DNA of 57,628 nucleotides from a bacterium (GTDB lineage Bacteria; RUG730): NCBI GenBank assembly GCA_031551405.1, contig JAVBNQ010000006.1, positions 62,001 to 119,628 of the forward strand, read 5' to 3'. Shown piece by piece: positions 53,603 to 57,628 of this stretch (position 1 is its first letter; each line of letters starts with the position of its first letter). The notes under the pieces were generated by a model. It saw only the letters and a program-made list of their open reading frames with translations, ran no database searches and was not told where the DNA came from. The position numbers and the translations under genes were made by a program.

Positions 53603-53872
53603 GATGCTTTGCGAGCAACAACGAGGATTTTAACAGAGTAAAAAAATATTAGTTTTAACGCCAAGTCCTAGAAAAAACAGTAAGACAAAGAAAATGGTAC
53701 TTTAATGGGAAATTATCGATAGAGACATTCAGAAAAATTTTGGTTGAAGTTGCTTGTTTTCGGTGAATTTTTATTATTTAGATTGTATTATAATTATAAT
53801 GCTTGAAACATGCTGTATTTTTTGCTAAAATCAAGAAGTTAAAATAGTATATCTTAAAATTTAAAGGGAAAA

Positions 53873-55621
53873 ATGCTCAAAATAAAAAAGCTTTTTTTAT
53901 TAAATTTAATTTTTTTGTTTTTTTGCGGATATTTATGGTCGACTACTTACGACGAAAAAAAAGCGTTAGATGAACAGAGACAGAGCCAGCAACGAATACA
54001 ACTCGAAGAAGAAAGGCGAAGTCTTTTGCAACGGCAGAAAGAAATCGAAAAAATTCGAGAGCTCAAAAAAAAAGAAGCTCTTCCCAAGGAGTTGATCGAA
54101 AATATTGACGAGAATACGCTCTATGTAGAACAGATTAAAATTGAAGGTGCTACTCTTTTAAGTAAAAAACAAATCGAAGATATTAACTCAAAATACTCGC
54201 GAAAAAATTTCTCCAAAACAGACATAGGGAATCTGCAAACAGAACTACAAAATTTATATATTTCTCAAGGCTACATCGCTGCTCGAGTTTATATGGATTT
54301 CAATGAGCTCGAAACTGGTATTTTGAAATTTGTAGTTTGCGAAGGCATAATAGAGCGGATTTATTTTAAAGATGATAAAGCTTGCAAACTTTTTACAGCT
54401 TTTCCGTTTTTTAAAGACCGAATTTTTAATTTACGAGACATTGAGCAAGGTCTTGAACAGATGAACAGGCTCGCATCAAACTATGCTACGATGGACATAA
54501 AACCCGGCGACAGTGAAGGAAAAACTATCGTAGGAATAAATAATCAAAAAAGCAAAAGATTTCGACTAAATTTGGGAGTGGATAATTACGGGCAAAAATC
54601 GATCAGCGAAGATAGAGCGAGTACGGGTCTTGATATCGATAATTTATTTTTTCTGAACGATAATTTATATTTGAACTACACGCAAGGTTTGAATTACAAA
54701 GACAAAAGTGCGTTTGATTCGAAAAATTACTCAGGGAATTTCAGTCTTCCGTTTGGATATTGGCTAGTTAGCGCGAATTATTACAATTCAGTTTACAAGA
54801 CGACGATAGAAGGCTTGACAGGCAAAATACAAAGTAGCGGAAACACGACGAATCAGACTTTTGGAATTGAAAGAATATTTTTGCGAGGTCAAACTTATAG
54901 AATAAATTCAGGAGCGAGTTTTACGCAAAAAGATACAGAAAGTTTCTTGAATGGAACGAAACTCGAAGTCGGGAGCCGGAGACTTGTGCCGGCGGAAATT
55001 TTTGTGAACAATTCGATGTATTTGAAAAATGGCTCTGTTTCACTAAAACTAAATTATACGAAAGTTCTGAATACATCGGGGGCAAAAAAAGACGTTGATG
55101 ATATAGCAAAAGGCGAGCCGCGGGCACAGTATGAGGTTTTTGGAGGGAACGGATATATTTACGAAAAACTTAAATTTCCATTCCTTAATAAACCGATTAC
55201 TCATCAGACGAATCTCAGATTCCAATACTCTGAGGATGATTTGTTTGGCAGTGAACAGTTTAGTCCAAGCGTACGAGGATTTAAAGACGTGAGTATATCA
55301 GGCGAGAGCGGATTTAGCGTGGGTAATGATTTTAAGACGCAGCTCACAAATATTTTGCCGGGTTTCAACAGTGAGAAAATAAACAGAATTTTAGCAGGTT
55401 GTTTGATTGGACTATTTTACGATATTGGGAGCGTGAAACCCAGGACTTATGGGAAAAGCGATTTGATTTCCGGTTGGGGTTTTACGTTTAACTACAATTT
55501 TTTGGGATACGTGACTTTGAGTATTGTTTACGGATTGAAAATCGATAATGCTCGAGATGCGATAAAAGAGGATAAAAGCGTGATTACTGCAAGTTTGAAT
55601 ACGACGATTGCGTTATTCTAG
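53873..55621 (+). CDS. Two-partner secretion outer-membrane transporter TpsB (ShlB/FhaC/HecB family)
   Basis: Signal peptide, POTRA motifs (NLYISQGYIAARV, FNLRDIEQGLEQMNRL), DNYG, loop-6 VRGF, FYDIG, C-terminal Phe. Confidence 0.92.
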   Translation: MLKIKKLFLLNLIFLFFCGYLWSTTYDEKKALDEQRQSQQRIQLEEERRSLLQRQKEIEKIRELKKKEALPKELIENIDENTLYVEQIKIEGATLLSKKQIEDINSKYSRKNFSKTDIGNLQTELQNLYISQGYIAARVYMDFNELETGILKFVVCEGIIERIYFKDDKACKLFTAFPFFKDRIFNLRDIEQGLEQMNRLASNYATMDIKPGDSEGKTIVGINNQKSKRFRLNLGVDNYGQKSISEDRASTGLDIDNLFFLNDNLYLNYTQGLNYKDKSAFDSKNYSGNFSLPFGYWLVSANYYNSVYKTTIEGLTGKIQSSGNTTNQTFGIERIFLRGQTYRINSGASFTQKDTESFLNGTKLEVGSRRLVPAEIFVNNSMYLKNGSVSLKLNYTKVLNTSGAKKDVDDIAKGEPRAQYEVFGGNGYIYEKLKFPFLNKPITHQTNLRFQYSEDDLFGSEQFSPSVRGFKDVSISGESGFSVGNDFKTQLTNILPGFNSEKINRILAGCLIGLFYDIGSVKPRTYGKSDLISGWGFTFNYNFLGYVTLSIVYGLKIDNARDAIKEDKSVITASLNTTIALF

Positions 55622-56003
55622 GATCTTACGTGGATGAAATATAAAATCCAGGCTTCAAAAATTTCAAGAAAAAAGAGGAAAATAAAATAGAAAAATCCAT
55701 AAAATGTAAAATAATGGGCTTATGTTTGGTGACTATAATTTTAGCGGGATTTTGGGAATATTTTAGCTTACAAACGAATAAATCCCAGAAAATTATTTGC
55801 AAATACACTAAACGAGACGAGAATTTTTGGAACTAAGCAAAGCGTTTTTGAGGAAATTTAATGGCATTCCCAAAAAGCAATTCTACTTATTTTTAAAGGA
55901 ATCTGAGAAGAGATTCGATATTGGCGATCCGAAGACTCTTTTTTCTCTACTTAAAAAACTTTTTATTGATATTTATTAAGCTTCAGCTCCAAATAAAAAT
56001 ATT

Positions 56004-56037
56004 AAAGCTCGTTGGTTAATTCCATCGGGCTTTTTTT
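56004..56037 (+). terminator. Probable intrinsic terminator downstream of tpsB
   Basis: AAAGCTCGTTGG-TTAATT-CCATCGGGCTTT plus T run. Confidence 0.6.
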
Positions 56038-56205
56038 ATTTTTGGGATCTAGAATTTTCTTGAATTTGTATTTTTAAATAGTTAATATTGACAAATCGTG
56101 GACAGATTTATAACATACATTTATTAAAATTTAGGTTGAACATTTTTTTTTGTTTTTGGTTAAGGTTGCAAAAAGTAAATAACTTCATAAATTTTGGAGG
56201 GGAAA

Positions 56206-56412
56206 ATGATAAGTTTAATACTCGGAATTATTTTTTTCATTATTGGTTTATTTACTCTGGCATTGACGTGGCATCAATTTCTGGCTTTTCTCGTAGGATT
56301 TTTGCCGATTTCAGTACTCGTTGCCGGATTAATAGCGATTGTGGCTGGAATTTCAGGTATAAACGATAATTTGAAAGCAAAAAAAGACGAGAGAAATTTA
56401 AAAAATAAATGA
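56206..56412 (+). CDS. Small two-TM membrane protein
   Basis: GGAGG RBS, ATG 56206, two hydrophobic helices, basic tail; TTGACA-N17-TAACAT upstream (56088); overlaps thiL start. Confidence 0.7.
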   Translation: MISLILGIIFFIIGLFTLALTWHQFLAFLVGFLPISVLVAGLIAIVAGISGINDNLKAKKDERNLKNK

Positions 56413-57377
56413 AAAATCTAAAGGATATTGACGAATTTGAATTTATTGAAAATATAAAAAAATGGATAAATTCAAAAGAACTCAAAAGTGACGGAATAAT
56501 TGGGATTGGTGATGATGCGGCAATAGTGAAAAATTTTCATTCGAATTTAGTGACGAGCATCGACACTTTGGTTGAAGGCACACATTTTACTAGAGAAATC
56601 ACGTCATTTTTTGACCTTGGCTGGAAATCTTTGGCAGTAAATATTAGCGACATTGCTGCTATGGGCGCGTCGCCAAAATATGCTATGATTTCTGTGGCTT
56701 GTCCTACAGATTTGCTAGTTAGCGATCTAAAAAAGTTTTATTTTGGTTTTAAAAAGCTAGCAGATCTTGCTAACGTGAAACTGATAGGCGGAGATACAGT
56801 TCGTTCAGACTCAAAAATTGTTGTATCCGTCGTGATTTTTGGTGAAACATTAAAAGGTAATTTTGCTTTAAGAGGAGGCGCGAAGCCCGGCGAGCTGGTT
56901 TGCGCGACTGGAAGTTTTGGGAATGCGGCCTTTGGGTTGGATCAGCTGCTTGCAAATAAAAACGTGAGAAATTTTTTTACAAAAAGTTTTAATGCTCCTA
57001 TGCCAAGGTTTCAAGAAGGAAAATTTTTGGGTAAAAATGGATTTGCAACTGCTATGCTCGACGTGAGTGATGGACTTGTTTTTAGTTTGTATGAGATTTC
57101 GGATAAAAGTGAAGTCGGGATTTTGCTTTTTGAAGAAAAAATTTGTGTTAAAAAAGAATTGAAAAAACAAAAAAATTATCTCGATTACGTTTTATACGGC
57201 GGCGAAGATTATGAGCTTTTGTTTTGTGTAAAGGCAAAAAATTTTACGAAAATTTTAGAGCAATTTCCATCGGTTTATATCCTAGGTGAGACTACAGATA
57301 AATTCAAAGGCGTAAAAATTAAGACGCGAGATAATAAAATTAAATCTCTCAAAAAAAAAGGATATTCTGCGTTTTGA
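56409..57377 (+). CDS. thiL: Thiamine-monophosphate kinase
   Basis: GIGDDAA, DTLVEGTHF, VNISDIAAMG, LIGGDT, DVSDGL, GGEDYELLF. Confidence 0.96.
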   Translation: MKNLKDIDEFEFIENIKKWINSKELKSDGIIGIGDDAAIVKNFHSNLVTSIDTLVEGTHFTREITSFFDLGWKSLAVNISDIAAMGASPKYAMISVACPTDLLVSDLKKFYFGFKKLADLANVKLIGGDTVRSDSKIVVSVVIFGETLKGNFALRGGAKPGELVCATGSFGNAAFGLDQLLANKNVRNFFTKSFNAPMPRFQEGKFLGKNGFATAMLDVSDGLVFSLYEISDKSEVGILLFEEKICVKKELKKQKNYLDYVLYGGEDYELLFCVKAKNFTKILEQFPSVYILGETTDKFKGVKIKTRDNKIKSLKKKGYSAF

Positions 57378-57406
57378 GTTTTAGTTGTGTCAAAAAACTT
57401 TTAATA

Positions 57407-57435
57407 TTGACAAAAATGAAAAATATTAGTAAATT
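57407..57435 (+). promoter_or_regulatory. Sigma70-type promoter of tuf
   Basis: TTGACA-N17-TAAATT. Confidence 0.5.
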
Positions 57436-57518
57436 TGTTTCTCACAGAAAATTTTTTATGCAGGGGACAAATATATCCTTTTGCTTTACAAACCAAAAAC
57501 CTTGGAGGGAAAAGATAA

Positions 57519-57628
57519 ATGGGAAAAGAGAAATTTGAGAGGAAAAAGCCGCACGTAAATATAGGAACAATAGGACACGTAGACCATGGTAAGACGACAT
57601 TGACAGCCGCGATATTGAATTATTTGTC
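57519..57628 (+). CDS. tuf: Elongation factor Tu (5' part, runs off the window)
   Basis: [40 protein letters not shown]. Confidence 0.95.
   Translation, partial: MGKEKFERKKPHVNIGTIGHVDHGKTTLTAAILNYL

Noticed and set aside
55626..55808. 60-aa minus-strand ORF after tpsB
   Set aside because: No RBS or motif; the plus-strand signal-peptide-like remnant explains the region better.
56088..56369. 93-aa ORF starting at TTG 56088
   Set aside because: The TTG is part of a TTGACA -35 box; the overlapping frame 56206..56412 has a clear RBS and TM helices.

Overview
AT-rich chromosomal segment of a diderm (LPS-containing) bacterium. Most of it is housekeeping: lepB-hemW-psd-pssA-leuA-glgP-like-rlmD-fabH; gmk-rpoZ-coaC-coaB-lptB; a polyamine operon with a dksA-like gene and a tRNA nucleotidyltransferase; a long minus-strand envelope cluster (pal, cpoB, tolA-like, tolB, lpxL, lptC, smpB, proC, lptF, folK); gap-pgk-apgM-secG-tRNA-Leu(GAG); thiL; and the start of tuf. 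The outstanding feature is a solitary 11.6-kb gene (36750..48320, 3856 aa). It encodes a signal-peptide-bearing modular protein with a TIKI/ChaN/EreA-like N-terminal domain, an intact eukaryote-type USP (peptidase C19) deubiquitinase domain, a PI3K/PI4K/HipA/CtkA-like atypical kinase domain and several unknown helical modules separated by Pro/Ala-rich linkers. A phased 11-bp tandem repeat sits in its promoter. It looks like a multi-effector protein aimed at a eukaryotic host (inference). Other oddities are a glycogen-phosphorylase-like protein whose PLP-binding Lys is Arg, an orphan TpsB and a doubly frameshifted MmcQ/YjbR gene next to tRNA-Leu, and a ~950-bp intergenic region with two oppositely oriented copies of a structured motif. 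All calls come from motifs recognised by eye; no database searches were run.
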